Assembly: GCF_963921235.1 (NCBI RefSeq)
Contig: NC_086097.1
Coordinates: 82,338,001 to 82,402,000 of the forward strand
Length of the DNA stretch: 64,000 nucleotides
Direction of reading: 5' to 3'
From: Mobula hypostoma
Lineage: Eukaryota
The notes under the pieces were generated by a model, which had not been told where the DNA came from, ran no database searches, and was given only the letters and a program-made list of their open reading frames with translations. The translations under genes and the position numbers were made by a program. Of the stretch, positions 1 to 12,889 are shown one piece after another; position 1 is the first letter of the stretch; each line of letters starts with the position of its first letter.

Positions 1-520
1 CTTTCAGGTTGGCTGGCAGAGGAGGCTGGAATTCTGGAGTTGGAGCAGCTGCCATCCTTCTGTTATAGCATGTCCTCTCATCTCTCCGCCTGAGCGTATC
101 TGCACGTGTGGTCTTGAGTAGATTTTGCAGAGGTGACCCTTTCCACACAAGTTGTAGCCTCTGGCCTCCTGACATTCAACATCTGGCAGCCAGCCTTCTT
201 GCAGTGCTGGCAGACCTCTGCTTTACGCAGCCCTTTCGTTCTCTAGTTTGCTACACGTTGAGCTCATCGTTGGTTATCACAGATAAATACCATATACCCA
301 GGGCTCGTGCTGATTGAGTTGCATGAGGACAGGTGGATCACGGTCCTGTCCTTGTCTGTCATAGGTTCACCTTGATACATCATCCACTAGTTCAGATACC
401 ATGGATATCTTCAATGGCAAAACTCATTTCTGCTCTATCCATGTATCATTTCAAGATCATGTTATCTTCCAAAGTTGCCGCATAAGGATTAAGCATCAGC
501 TTTTGTGCTTTCTCATGTGG
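1..520 (-). mobile_element. Possible highly decayed RTE/RTE-X LINE 3' remnant
   Basis: Minus-strand fragments ARALGIWYLSVITNDEL...LVWKG...TTRADTLRRRD loosely resemble RTE-clade RT C-termini; many stops and frameshifts. Confidence 0.3.
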
Positions 521-1214
521 AGAAGAGTGAGTGGGAAAGGCTCTCCAGTGAAGGGTGACAAAGATGCTTCTTTTCTCTTGTCCTTCACAATCTTTAGGCA
601 TCCCCTGACTTTATATCCACTGAGTAAAGTGTTACAAGGCAAAGAAAGCTTTTAGTTTGAAGCTGTGCCCCTTGAGTTTCTTCTTTGCAACCATATTTTG
701 CCCCATGGCCCATCTGCTCCCCAAAGCTCCATGTGCAGCTGCAAGGTGCCCACAGCCTGAGCCAGGTTCTTCACATGATTGTAGCCTTATAACTGTTACA
801 AGAAGCAAGCTATCATTGTTGGGGGACAAAGTTTTAGTTCAGTCATTAATTAGCATTGAGATTTTGGTAGACAACAGCAAATAATATGGGCTGAAAGAAC
901 AACAGGAAGCTGCTGAACTCTCAGCACATACCCACAGGCCCATTCACAAAAAGAACTTTGTGACACAATGCAAGGTTATTATCATTTTGTACAAGGAATA
1001 CAGGCATCTTCTTTTCCCATTCATCAATATTTTCTGTATAAAATTTGTTTTTCTTATCTTGTGCGATGTAAAACTAAGATCTTACCTGTCATGTCAGGCA
1101 GTGTTCTGGTCAATACACATCCCTCCAAAAAGCAGAAATAGATTATCAGATCTTTATCAGATTGCTGTTTTTAAGAACAAACAGCTCACTTGAATTTCAG
1201 GCCAGTGAAAGGGT

Positions 1215-1760
1215 CTGGGTGAAAAGGGTGACTGATCAAGAGACCAGTTCAGTGCGGACCAGTAATAACATCTCCTTCTCACTGCCACACCTCAAGGACG
1301 TGTGCTTAGCCCACGACTCAACTTTCTCAACGATCATGACTGTGTGCCTTAAAGCTCGAGTGCCATATATAAAGTTGCAAATGTTGTTGGCAGAATCTGA
1401 GATGATAATGAAGAGGCATACAGACGCGAAATAGATTGGCTGGTTGAGTGTTGTCGTAATGACAACCTTGCACTCAATGTCAGCGAGACCAAGAAATTGA
1501 TTGTAGACATCAGGAAGGGGAAGTCCTGAAATGGCCAGTATTGAAGCTGGTGACACCAGCCTCCCACCACCAAGGACATCTTCAAAGGGCCATGTGTCAA
1601 GAAGGCAGCATTCATCATTAAGGACCTTCACCATCCCAGACATCCCTGATTACTACCATCAGGGAAGTACTGGAGCCAGAAGACCAACACTCACCGCTTT
1701 AGGAACAGCTTCTTTGCCTTTGCCATCAGGTTTCTGAACAGTCTATGAACACTACTTCAC
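1215..1760 (+). mobile_element. Rex1/Babar-type LINE, internally deleted 3' RT fragment
   Basis: DDNEEAYRREIDWLVECCRNDNLALNVSETKKLIVDIRK at ~1400-1520, then C-terminal (K)KAAFIIKDLHHP-like segment. Confidence 0.85.
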
Positions 1761-1783
1761 TATTGCTCTGTTTGTTCAGTATA

Positions 1784-2331
1784 CACCCAGTGGCCACTTT
1801 ATTAGGTACACCTGTACACCTGCTCAATAATTCAAATATCTAATCAGCCAAATGTGGCAGCAACTTTGTGTGTAGGCGCACACAGACATGGCCAAGAGGT
1901 TCAGTTGCTATTCAGAGCAAACACCAGAATGGGGAAGAGAAGTGACCTAAGGGACTCTGACCATGGAATAATTGTTGGTGCCAGACTGGGTGGTTTGAGT
2001 ATCTCAGAAACTGCTGATCTCCTGGGATTTTCACCCACAACCAGCTCTAGAGTTTACAGTGAATGGTGCAAAAAACACAAAACATCCAGTGAGCAGCAGT
2101 TCTGTGAGCAAAAGCACCTTGTTAATGATTAGAAGTCGGAAGAGAATGGCCAGACCGTTCATGCTGACAGGAAGCCGAGAGTAATTCAAAAATAACCTCA
2201 CATTACAACAGTGGTGTGCAGAAGAGCTTGTCATATTGTACAAGATGCTGAACCTTGAAATTGATGGGCTACAGCAGCAGAAGACCATTACCATACAATC
2301 AGGAGGTACGCAATGAAATTGCCATTGAGTG
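1784..2331 (+). mobile_element. Tc1-like DNA transposon, internally deleted non-autonomous copy
   Basis: Left TIR CACCCAGTGGCCACTTTATTAGGTACACCT after TA; degenerate right TIR 2301-2331; ATG at 1929 gives Tc1 transposase HTH N-terminus MGKRSDLRDSDHGIIVGARLGGLSISETADLLGFS; no DDE domain. Confidence 0.9.
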
Positions 2332-2569
2332 ATTTTAAAAAAAATTGTAACAATAATTCTTTGACTTGTTCTGTACTGCAGCAGTAAAACAACAAATTTC
2401 ACAACATCACAGTGATAGTAAACCTGACTCTGGGGATTATCACAATTTCCCTGTACATGGATGACTTTACACCCCTCTGCTTGGATCCACTGTAGGTATA
2501 TAGATGAATTAGCATCTCCAACCAGTTTGAACTTACCTTGGGGACAGAAGTAAATTGCAATGATATAAT

Positions 2570-2680
2570 AAACACAAGAGATTCTGCAGATGCTGGAAAT
2601 CTTGAGCAACACACAAATTACAGGAGGAACTCAGGGGAATAAGCAGTCAATGTTTCAGGCTGAGAGCTTTAGCAAGGTCA
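2570..2680 (-). mobile_element. Penelope-like element terminal-repeat fragment
   Basis: ACAAGAGATTCTGCAGATGCTGGAAATC...GGAGGAACTCAG, the same terminus as GIY-YIG-linked copies elsewhere in the window. Confidence 0.7.
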
Positions 2681-3059
2681 TGTTGTTTGCCTGGAGATAC
2701 TAAGCGGCAGCAGTGGAATGCCCTACAATCACAAGCAACAGATAAGGAAGAAGTCTCCATCAGCTCTAAGCTGGGAGGGTTTAAAATGAAGCAAGCTTCA
2801 AATTCTAAACTAGATTAGAGGGGGGAAATGCCCAAAATTAGATGCTCATGTTTGGTATAAAGTTGACTATTTTCAAAGGAAAGTCATACCGTTTTGTTAA
2901 ATGTTATTCTTCAGACATTGACATTGTTTTGTTGAGCTGAAGTAGCTCTGGCCAGCATTTTGGATGCCTTGTAATGAGCACCATGTCAAACTCTGCTGGA
3001 CCGAGATTGCTGGAGTCTCAGAGAATACAACATAATAAGGAGATCAACTAGAGGCAGCT

Positions 3060-3230
3060 CATCATCTCTACCCCTCCCCTCACCCGGTTCCACCTTTCAC
3101 TTTTCAGCCTATGACCCACCCCTCTCACATACTGGTAATCTTCACTTTCCCGGTGCGGGGTTTTGGCCTCCGCATATGCTGCTTGACCCACTGAGTTTTT
3201 TTTCAGCATTCCGTTTTTGTTTGTTCCGTC
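3060..3230 (+). mobile_element. Decayed Penelope-like 3' UTR/terminal fragment
   Basis: Pyrimidine-rich tract followed by ATGCTGCTTGACCCACTGAGTT...CAGCATT. Confidence 0.5.
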
Positions 3231-4424
3231 GTTTGTGCCAGGTTAGACAGAAGTCACACAATTGACACAGTTACAAGTACGCAAGATTCTCAGTGATTGA
3301 TCATGGTGGACTTGCCTATCTCAGGGATACTTGCAGAACAAGAATTGAAGGATACTAGTTTTTTAAATTTATTTTTCACAAAGTTGTCAGCTTTCATTCC
3401 ATACATGTTCCATGATTCTGGCTCCCCTCCTTAAAGAGTCAACCCAGCACCAGGTTTCACAAACCTCAGTGACGGTGGCACAGAAAGAAAGGGACTGGTG
3501 TTAGAATTTCACCATGACTTCAGGTACCTCCTGTAGTTTTGTATGAAGTTGAAAAATAACATGATCACTAACTGATTTAGTGTAGATTACTCACTCTGTA
3601 TACAATAAAGAATGAGTTCAGAGGCACTGCCTTTAATGTCACTCTGATCTAATATCGGATTTAGAAGATAAAAATAAATCTGAATTTTATTATGTTCCTA
3701 AAAGCTCACATTTCAGAGTTGTATTTCCATTAGATTTAAACATATTAAGATAACAATGAGATCTTTTGTTTCAAATCCCCATCATTACTATTGTCTGGCT
3801 TCTTCATGTTGTCTTACTTTTATACCCAAGCTGGAGAGTGGTGGATTCGAGCATGTAATCCATTCTGGGTTAGCATGGAGATTGTTCTGCATTAAAAAAG
3901 GACATTTGCCAACACAAGTGTAGAGACGCAGAGTAATTCTGCACCTGCACTGCACTGGCGCTGACCACCTGAACTTTGTAACAAAACAGAACAAAACTCA
4001 GCACCTGTGGAAGGAATAGGACAGTCAACCTCTTGGGTCCAGACTCTTCACCTGGACTTTGTGCCTGCCATAGGAAGTGAATCCCCAAACTTCTGACCCA
4101 GTAGACGACACCCCTGATGCTGTTAACATTGTTTTCCATTTGTACATCTTTTTGCTGGAGTATTTACCCTCAGATTAGGTATAATATGGGAAATCTGTAG
4201 AAAATGCTTCCTTTCTTCAATATCCACCTTAAGATACATTTCAAAGTGGAGATGACTTTAATCCATTTAATCCATTTTTGGGTGGCAAGTTAGTGCCTCA
4301 GTACGTTCTCAACTCTGCAATCCAAACTTAAAGAAACATGTTCTGGAGAGTGATTTCTGTATGTGACAGTTACCTCTCTGACAGATGTAGGATCTGTGAA
4401 CTCTTTTTCTCTCTCTCTCTCGCC

Positions 4425-5000
4425 AACGTGGTTTGGAAATACCAATGCCCTTGAACAGACAATCCTGCAAAAGGTGGTGGATACGGCCCGGTAAAGCCCT
4501 CCCCACCACTGAACACATCTACATGAACTGCTGTCATAGGAAAGAAGCATTCGTCATCAAGGACCCCTACCATCCAGGCTATGCTCTCTTCCTGCTGCTG
4601 CCACTAGGAAGAGGAACAGGGATCTCAGAACCCACACCACCAGGTTCAGGAACAGTTATTACCCCTCAACCACCAGGCTCTTGAACCAGAGGGGATAACT
4701 TCTCTCAACTTCACTCACCCCATCGCTGAACTGTTCCCACAGCCTATGGACTCACATTCAAGGACTCTTCAATCCATGGTCTCAATATTTATTATTTATT
4801 TATTACTTTTTTCTTTTGTAGTTGCAATTACCTATCTTTTACACATAGGTTGTTTATCTGTACTATTGTATGCAGTCTTTCATTGATTGCAATGTGTTTC
4901 TTAAACTTACTGTAGGCCTGTATGTCCACAAGAAAACAAATCTCAGGGTGGTATATGGTGCCATATGTGTACTTTGATAATAAATTTACTTTGAACTTTA
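4425..5000 (+). mobile_element. Rex1/Babar LINE 3' end with 3' UTR
   Basis: GKALPTTEHIYMNCCHRKEAFVIKDPYHPGYALFLLLPLGR; tail GATAATAAATTTACTTTGAACTTT. Confidence 0.85.
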
Positions 5001-5439
5001 AACCTGAGAACTGGTTTAAACACTTCACCCTGTTCTTCACTTGTAGGTCAACTCTACCTTCGGAGGTAAAGATCCAGTTCAGTTCAAGTGGTTCTGTGTC
5101 CAATCACTTATTTCTCTTCAACCTTCCCCCCACCCCTCACTGACCCCAACTACTGTGTAATAGGAGGCTAGGGAGCGTCATAAAACACTCTCTCCCCTGT
5201 AGGTCACTGCACAAGATATTCTTCGATTATTCTGACCCCAAAGTGAGTGCAGTGGAATCTTGAACCAGTACTTTGTTAGGGAATAATACAATTGCAAATG
5301 CAATTTGTGCTCTATTTCCCAACTGTGCTCAAGAATTGAGTTCAGTCTCTTGATGTAGAATTTTTAATTTGCTCTATACTGACAGTTTAAAACTTTAATC
5401 TTTCCAGGAGTCTGAATCAGGCTATGTGCAGGGCATTTT

Positions 5440-7666
5440 AGTCATAGTCATAGTCATACTTTATTAATCCCGGGGGAAATTGGTTTTCATTACAGTTGCT
5501 CCATAAATAATAAATAGTAATAGAACCATAAATAGTTAAATAGTAATATGTAAATTATGCCAGTAAATTATGAAATAAGTCCAGGACCAGGCTCAGGGTG
5601 TCTGACCCTCCAAGGGAGGAGTTGTAAAGTTTGACGGCCACAGGCAGGAATGACTTCCTATGACGCTCTGTGCTGCATCTCGGAGGAATGAGTCTCTGGC
5701 TGAATGTACTCCTGTGCCCACCCAGTATATTATGTAGTGGATGGGAGACATTGACCAAGATAGCATGCAAATTAGACAGCATCCTCTTTTCAGACACCAC
5801 CGTCAGAGAGTCCAGTTCCATCCCCACAACATCACTGGCCTTATGAATGAGTTTGTTGATTCTGTTGGTTTCTGCCACCCTCAGCCTGCTGCCCCAGCAC
5901 ACAACAGCAAACATGATAGCACTGGCCACCACAGACTGGTAGAACATCCTCAGCATTGTCTGGCAGATGTTAAAGGACCTCAGTCTCCTCAGGAAATAGA
6001 GACGGCTCTGACCCTTCTTGTAGACAGCCTCAGTGTTCTTTGACCAGTCCAGTTTATTGTCAATTCGTATCCCTAGGTATCTGAAATCCTCCACCATGTC
6101 CACACTGACCCCTTGGATGGAAACAGGGGTCACCGGTGCCTTAGCTCTCCTCAGGTCTACCACCAGCTCCTTAGTCTTTTTCACATTAAGCTGCAGATAA
6201 TTCTGCTCACACCATGTGACAAAGTTTCCTACTGTAGCCCTGTACTCAGCCTCATCTCCCTTGCTGATGCATCCAACTATGGCAGAGTCATCCGAAAACT
6301 TCTGAAGGTGACAAGACTGTGTGCAGTAGTTGAAGTCCGAGGTGTAAATGGTGAAGAGGAAGGGAGACAAGATAGTTCCCTGTGGAGCCCCAGTGCTGCT
6401 GATCACTCTGTCGGATACACAGTGTTGCAAGCACACGTACTGTGGTCTGCCAGTCAGGTAATCAAGAATCCATGACACCAGGGAAGCATCCACCTGCATC
6501 GCTGTCAGCTTCTCCCCCAGCAGAGCAGGGCGGATGGTGTTGAACGCACTGGAGAAGTCAAAAAACATGACCCTCACAGCACTCGTTGGCTTGTCCAGGT
6601 GGGCGTAGACACGGTTCAGCAGGAAGACGATGGCATCCTCAACACTTAGTCGGGGCTGGTAGGCGAACTGGAGGAGATCTAAGTGTGGCCTGACCATAGG
6701 CTGGAGCAGCTCCAGAACATGTTTCTCCAGGGTCTTCATGATGTGGGAGGTCAATGCCACCGGTCTGTAGTCATTGAGGCCGCTGGGGCACAGCGTCTTC
6801 GGCACAGGGACGAGGCAGGATGTCTTCCACAATACAGGAACCCTCTGGAGCCTCAGGCTCATGTTGAATATGTGGCGAAGTACTCCACATAGCTGAGGGG
6901 CACAGGCTTTGAGCACCCTGGTACTGACACCATCCGGTTCTGCAGCCTTGCTTGGGTTGAGACGTTTCAGCTGTCTTCTCACCTGTTCAGCTGTGAAGCC
7001 CATCGTGGTGGTTTCGTGTGGGGAAGGGGTATAGTCATGAGAGCAGGGTGGGGCACTGTGAGGAGGGATAGGAAGGGAGAGTGGAATATGTGTTGGTTGG
7101 GGGCCGACAACAGATGGCTCATGTGTGGGATGGGCAAGGGCCACAATGTCAAATCTGTTAAAGAACAGGTTAAGTTCATTGGCCCTGTCCACACTGCCTT
7201 CCGCTCCTCTGTTGCTAGTTTGCCGGAACCCAGTGATGGTCCTCATCCCCCTCCAGACCTCTCTCGTGTTGTTCTGCTGGAGTTTCCACTCAAGCTTCCT
7301 CCTGTACCTGTCTTTAGCCTCCCTGATCCTGGCTTTCAGGTCACTCTGTATCGCCCTCAGATCCTCCCTCTTTCCATCTCTAAACGCCCTCTTTTTAGCC
7401 TTCAGGATGTCCTTAATGTCCTTTGTCACCCATGGCTTGTTATTTGAATAACAAAGGACAGTTCTTGTCGGAACATTGCAATCCACACAGAAGTTAATGT
7501 GATCAGTGATGCACTCTGTGAGCCCATCAATATCCTCTCCATGTGGCTCACAGAGTGCCTGCCAGTCTGTCACCTCAAAACAACCCTGGAGCACCTCATA
7601 AGTCTCCTCCAACCATTTTCTCACTGTCCTCGAGGTTGCAGGTTTACTCTTCACCAGAGGCACGTG
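5440..7666 (-). mobile_element. Young 5'-truncated Rex1/Babar LINE
   Basis: Open RT ORF; 3' end AATAAAG followed by (TATGAC)3 tandem tail at 5440-5465, typical of Rex1 elements. Confidence 0.95.
5555..7665 (-). CDS. Non-LTR reverse transcriptase (Rex1/Babar ORF, endonuclease lost by 5' truncation)
   Basis: NDYRPVALTS, LQFAYQ, MFFDFSSAFNTI, GAPQGTILSPFLF, KFSDD, LNVKKTKELVVD motifs with no stop; ORF-track N-terminus beyond ~7665 is flanking DNA. Confidence 0.92.
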
Positions 7667-7949
7667 ATGGGTGCCTCTTAAAGTGATGGGTGCGTGGAAC
7701 ATGATTCCAGGGGTTGATGAAGAAAGCATGCATGTCAATGGCGGTAAGGGGCATTCAGTTACATGGATCGTGTGCAGGCTAATGGGTTTATTTGATTTGG
7801 TATTATTATTCGCACAGACATCATGGGCTGAGTAGCCTGATACTGTGCTTTGTTGTTCAGTGCATTTATCCCAAAGCACTTGCATTCAAGTGAAATACTA
7901 TTGAAGCAGTTGCAGTGTTAAGTGTGAAATAGTTCAGGCAGTTTGCCTT

Positions 7950-8165
7950 CAGCAACACACAAAATGCTGGAGGGATCCCAGCAACTCAAACAGCATCCAA
8001 GGAGAGAATTTCACTTGGGTCAGTGTCAGTGAAGAAAAAGTTAATGAACCAGAATTTCCTGCAGAATTGCTGCCTGGCTTGCTGAGTTCCTCTCACAGTG
8101 TACGCGCGCGTGTGCGCGTGTTTGTTTTGCAAGATTTCCGGCATCTGTAGAAACTCTCGTGTCTC
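7950..8165. mobile_element. Inverted pair of PLE terminal repeats (decayed hairpin element)
   Basis: ACACACAAAATGCTGGAGG...CAGCATC and later TGCTGCCTGGCTTGCTGAGTTCCTC...GCATCTGTAG. Confidence 0.7.
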
Positions 8166-9679
8166 TGTTTTGCTCTAAGCAAATTCCCGCAGACAGCAAT
8201 GTTACAATGACTCAGGAAATCTGTTTCGTAAATTTTGATTGAGGGATAGATATCAGCCAGGATATGGAGGAGGCCACCTTTTTCTTCAAAGTATGGACAG
8301 TAAGAAATTGTAGTCGGCCTGAGAGAACAGATGAAGCAACCTCCTGTGTGACAGACAGTGCAGAACTCCATCATTTCAGCATTGAAATGGCAGATTCGGT
8401 TTCCTCCTCATCCTTAGAATGGATATGAATCCTTAACTGTGGCTTGGGGCTGCACTTGACAACTAGATTTTGAGAACAAGTAAATGGGATTTCATTGCAG
8501 GACCTGTAATCAAATGAAATTAAGCCAATAAAACAAAAGATAAACTCTTCTGCACTTTGCCTGCTTGTTATTAAGGTGGGGAATTTTAGTTCATTTGAAA
8601 TGCTTATCATGATCATGCACAAGAGAAAATGTTGCACAATATGTGGGCAGGTACAAGGATTAGGTCTGGTGAGGTCAACTGTGATGTTACTCAGAATTAC
8701 ATCATATTTCCACTGGGAAAATGTCAAAGTCACAAAGGACTGATGAAATACGTCATTTTAAAATGAGAGGAAATCTGGACTGTGCAGGCATTGAAATCCC
8801 TTGATATGAGAGAGGGAAGAAGAAACAGTTATAGTTATTGTTTTGGTAATTAAGGGCAGTTACAAACAGATGTGTAACTGATGAATCAAGAGGCATTGCT
8901 ACTGACTGGAGTCTGGAGATGCTGTGGTGATGAATTTCACTTGGGACAGTATCAATGAAGAAAAATCTGATGAAGCAGAGTTTGGTGGAGTGGATCAACT
9001 TGCTCTGTGTCCTGCAAATTAGATTTTTCTTCTATGGCCCTTAATCTCCAGTTTTATTTGAAGTTAAATTGGTGGATTGTGGGCTGAAGGGATTGAGGCC
9101 AGGTATGACAGTTCTCATTGAACGGTGGGCCAACAAGCTATCTCATCACCCAATGAGATTTAAAGACTGAAAGATAACAGAAGGGGGACAGGGAACGAAG
9201 AAGAATTGCTCCTAATTCTGATGTTGCAAGAAAAAGTAAACAGGCATGAAGTAGTGGGTGTATTCTGGAAAAAGGTTAGATTGAGAAAGGTTCATGAGCA
9301 ATTATTAAAAATACTGTTAAACCATGTACTGTAAATGATAAGTTACTAGCTGCAAACATCTGCAGTGATTTAAGTGCTCAATTTAGCATTTTCTTAAAAC
9401 TGCCAGGCAAGGGGTGAAAATCTGTAGGGTGAACTGACTAGAAAATTTTGACAATTAGATAATCAAGAAAAGTTCTACTTCACCCTAGTTTCCAGCTGAA
9501 GAACAAACTTCCAAGGGATTTGCTTTGATTGTTCCCACATTGCTGAGTTCTTCTCCTTAAACAGTCCACTATAGCCAGTTGACAAAATGGGGGGGGGGGG
9601 GAACAGGTTTAAGGAGAAAGATTAACAAATATTAACAGCATTGAGGAGTCCAGTCTGTTATAATTAGACTAACTTTGAA

Positions 9680-10255
9680 GTCTCACACACCAGCATCAGG
9701 AACAGCTATTTCCTTATAACCATCAGGTTCTTGAACTGATCTGCCCAATGGCATGGTAGAGCAGTGGCTATCACAACGCTTTCCAGTACAGGCGACCAGG
9801 GCTCATTTCCCACCACTCCTGAAGGGAGTTCGTACATTCTGTCCATGGGTTTCCTCCAGCTGCTCCAGTTTTCTCTACTGTCCTAAGATGGGTTGATAGG
9901 TTAATTGGTCATTGTAAATTGTCCCGTGATTAGGCCAGAATTAAACTGGGGAATTGCCAGGTGGCTCGGCGCGGTGGGCTGGAAGGGCGTATTCCATGCT
10001 GTAGCTCAGTAAGTAAATAAAACAACAAATAAACAAATTAACTCTTCAGCAATGGAACACCTCCTCTTGCACTACCAGAGACTTGTCTCTGATTATGTTT
10101 TTTCACATTAATGTTTGTATTGGCACTTTCATCACTGTCTGGTGTAACTTGTGTTCTATGTGTTGTCTGAATCTACATGCCTGTGATATTGCTACCAGCA
10201 AGGTTTTCATATACCTCACTATACTTGTCCATATGACAATAAACCTAACTCAAGA
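9680..10255 (+). mobile_element. Rex-type LINE 3' end/UTR interrupted by a SINE
   Basis: CACCAGCATCAGGAACAGCTATTTCC...CATCAGGTTCTTGAAC at 9688-9737; UTR ending ATGACAATAAAC at ~10240. Confidence 0.65.
9748..10022 (+). mobile_element. tRNA-derived V-domain SINE
   Basis: A-box-like GGCATGGTAGAGCAGTGG; V core GGAGTTCGTAC...GGGTTTCCTCCAGCTGCTCCAGTTT; GGTTAATTGGTCATTGTAAATTGTCCCG; A-rich tail. Confidence 0.8.
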
Positions 10256-11104
10256 ACTCCCTGTCATTCTTTTGCATAGTCATGATATATTTAGTAGTAG
10301 TATTCCTGCAGTAAATGTGGTTATTAGTCTGCTCTGGATGCACTTTAGTATCCTAGTAGATTGAAGGAAATCAATTTCAGTGAAATACAGCTTTTGACTT
10401 GCACTTTTTGTTCCAATCCCTAATATTTATTCAGAGAAGAACCTTACCAAGTATGGTAAGATATTCAGTGCACAGAATCACAGTATGTATTTAGGATTAC
10501 TTTAGCTTCTATATTGCAAATATAATGTTCAGTTTCGTTTGTTATGAAATAATTATCCGAAGGCTACTTGTTTCAAATCCTCCAAAGCAAGAGAGGCCTT
10601 GTAGAATCATTTCTATTTGAAACACATCTGTATTATCAAAGCAAAAATAGATTTCCTTCCTCTGAGATTGCAAATTGATTGAAGCCAACAACGTGAATTT
10701 AGCAATTCAATAGACTCTGAAAGATCACTTAGCAAACTAAATTAGGGTGAGAGGTGAAAAGTATATAACATCCCATTTTGATTCTGATTCTTCTACCATG
10801 TTCAGCCTTAATAGTGAAACCTTTGTGTTATTTTAAATACTCATTATTAGATTGGACCCAAGGGAGATCCAGTCTTATGATTGGTTAAGGGTATGAATGA
10901 AGCTTGCCTTAAAATCTATTCTGAAATTATTTAAAATGCTACAATGTATTTAATACATAAAATCCAGAGCCATTGAAGGATGTCGTAAAAAGAAATATGA
11001 AATTTTAAAAGGCAAATGTTGAAAATTCTCAATAGGGTAGGCTAGATTTGTAGAGAGAAGAATAGTTATTTCAGGTTAATGACCATTTGGATGCTCCTAT
11101 AGAG

Positions 11105-12480
11105 CAAAACAAAGCAACAAATGACAAAGTTTTGGTCCCAGATGAGCTCAGTGCCTTTTATGCTCACCTTGACCGACAGAATACAGAGGCACCTTCTCAA
11201 ACCCGCACAGCTCCCAATGACTCTGCCACCTCAGTCCGAAGCTGATATGTGAGCATCCTTCAGGAAGGTGAATCCATGGAAAGCATCTCACCCAAACGGT
11301 GTACCCGGCTGAGTACTGAAGCCCTGCGTTAATCAGCTGGCTGGCGTTTACAGACATCTTCAACCTCCCACTTTGCCATTTGGATGACCAACCTGCTCCA
11401 AGCAGTCTTTTCATCACACCAGTGCTCAAGAAGAACATTGCAACCTTCGCAAATGACTATCATCCAGTAGCATCTACATTCACTGTGATGAAGTGCTTTG
11501 ACAGATTGGTCAACTACTGCCTGAAGAGTGACCTGGATTCACTCCAGTTTGCCTCCCATCACAACAGACAACACCAGACTCTATTTCATTGGCTCTTCAC
11601 TCATTTTGGAACATCTTGACAATGAAGGTGCATATATCAGGATGCTCTTCATTGACTAACAGCTCAGCATTCAACACTATCATCCCCTCGAAATGCATCA
11701 CTAAGTCCTTGTGCATTTGGATTTCCTGACTTGCAGACCCCAGTCAGTTTGAATTGGCAATAAAATCTCCTCCACAGGTGCACCAGAAGGCTGCGTGCTT
11801 AGGCCCCTGCTCTACTCGCTTTATACCTATGATTGTGTGGCAGCTCCTGAGCCATTCTTGAGTTTGCTGACGACACCACTGTTGGCCGAATCAAAGGTGG
11901 TGAGGAATCAGCGTATAGGAGGGAAACGGAAATTTGGTTAAGTAGTGCCATAATAACCCCTCACTCAACATCAGCAAAACCAAAGAACTAATTATCAGCT
12001 AGAGGAAGAAGCGTCAATGGACCACGAGCCAGTCCTCATTAAGGGATCAGAGGTGGAGTGTGTCAGTTCACTTTAAATTCCTTGGCATTATCATGTCAGA
12101 GAATCTCACCTGGAACCAACACCCAGATGCCATTTCAAAGAATGCATGACTGTGCCAATACTTTGAGAAGTTTGCATCGATTTGGCATGTCACCAAAAAC
12201 TTCGACAAACTTCTATAGATGCACATTGGAGAGAATCTTGACTGGCTGCTATGGAAACACCAATATCAGAGACCCCCACCATCCAGACCACACGCTCTTC
12301 TGACTACTACCACTGTGCAGGAGGCACAGGACTACCAGGTTCCAGGCCACCAAGTTCAGGCACAGTTATTACCCCGTAACCATCAGGCTCCTGAGCCCAG
12401 TGTGGATGACTTCACTCAACCCTGACCTGATTCTGTAAGCTACGGATTTACTTTCAAGGACTCTGCTACACATTCTCAGA
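11105..12480 (+). mobile_element. Decayed Rex1/Babar LINE RT region
   Basis: [43 protein letters not shown] with frameshifts. Confidence 0.9.
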
Positions 12481-12725
12481 ATCAGGATAAACATCACCGG
12501 CATACAGTATGTTGTGAAATTTATTAACTTAGCAGCAGCAGTGCAGTGCATTACACGATAATATAGAAAAGAGTAAATCAGTCACTGTAAGTATATATGT
12601 ATATTAAATAGTTAAATTTAAAAAATAGTGCAAAAACAGAAACAATAGAAACTGAGATAGTGTTCATGGGTTCAATGTCCATTTAGGTATTGGATGGCAG
12701 AGGGGAAGAAGCTGTTCCTGAATCT
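12475..12725 (-). mobile_element. Rex-type LINE 3' UTR fragment inserted in opposite orientation
   Basis: TCAGAATCAGG...GTGAAATT...GCAGCAGTGCAGTGCA...ATGGCAGAGGGGAAGAAGCTGTTCCTGAA (minus: FRNSFFPSAI). Confidence 0.75.
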
Positions 12726-12889
12726 CAGTTTTTTTTATTTGTAGTATTTGCTTTTTTTTAAACACATTGCTTGCTTACCAGTCTTTATTTATGTACAGTT
12801 TTTCATAAATTTTATTGTACTTCTTTATTATCCCGTAAAAATCCCTGCGAGAAAACAAACCTCATTTTCTCCGGTAAAATTTTGTGTTA

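Noticed and set aside
2031..2612. 193-aa minus ORF
   Set aside because: Antisense read-through of Tc1, LINE UTR and PLE fragments
7666..7885. N-terminal 73 aa of the 776-aa ORF as a novel domain or host fusion
   Set aside because: Lies outside LINE homology in flanking decayed CR1-like DNA; chance open frame
9588..9601. Poly-G run as a G-quadruplex element
   Set aside because: Isolated homopolymer with no supporting context
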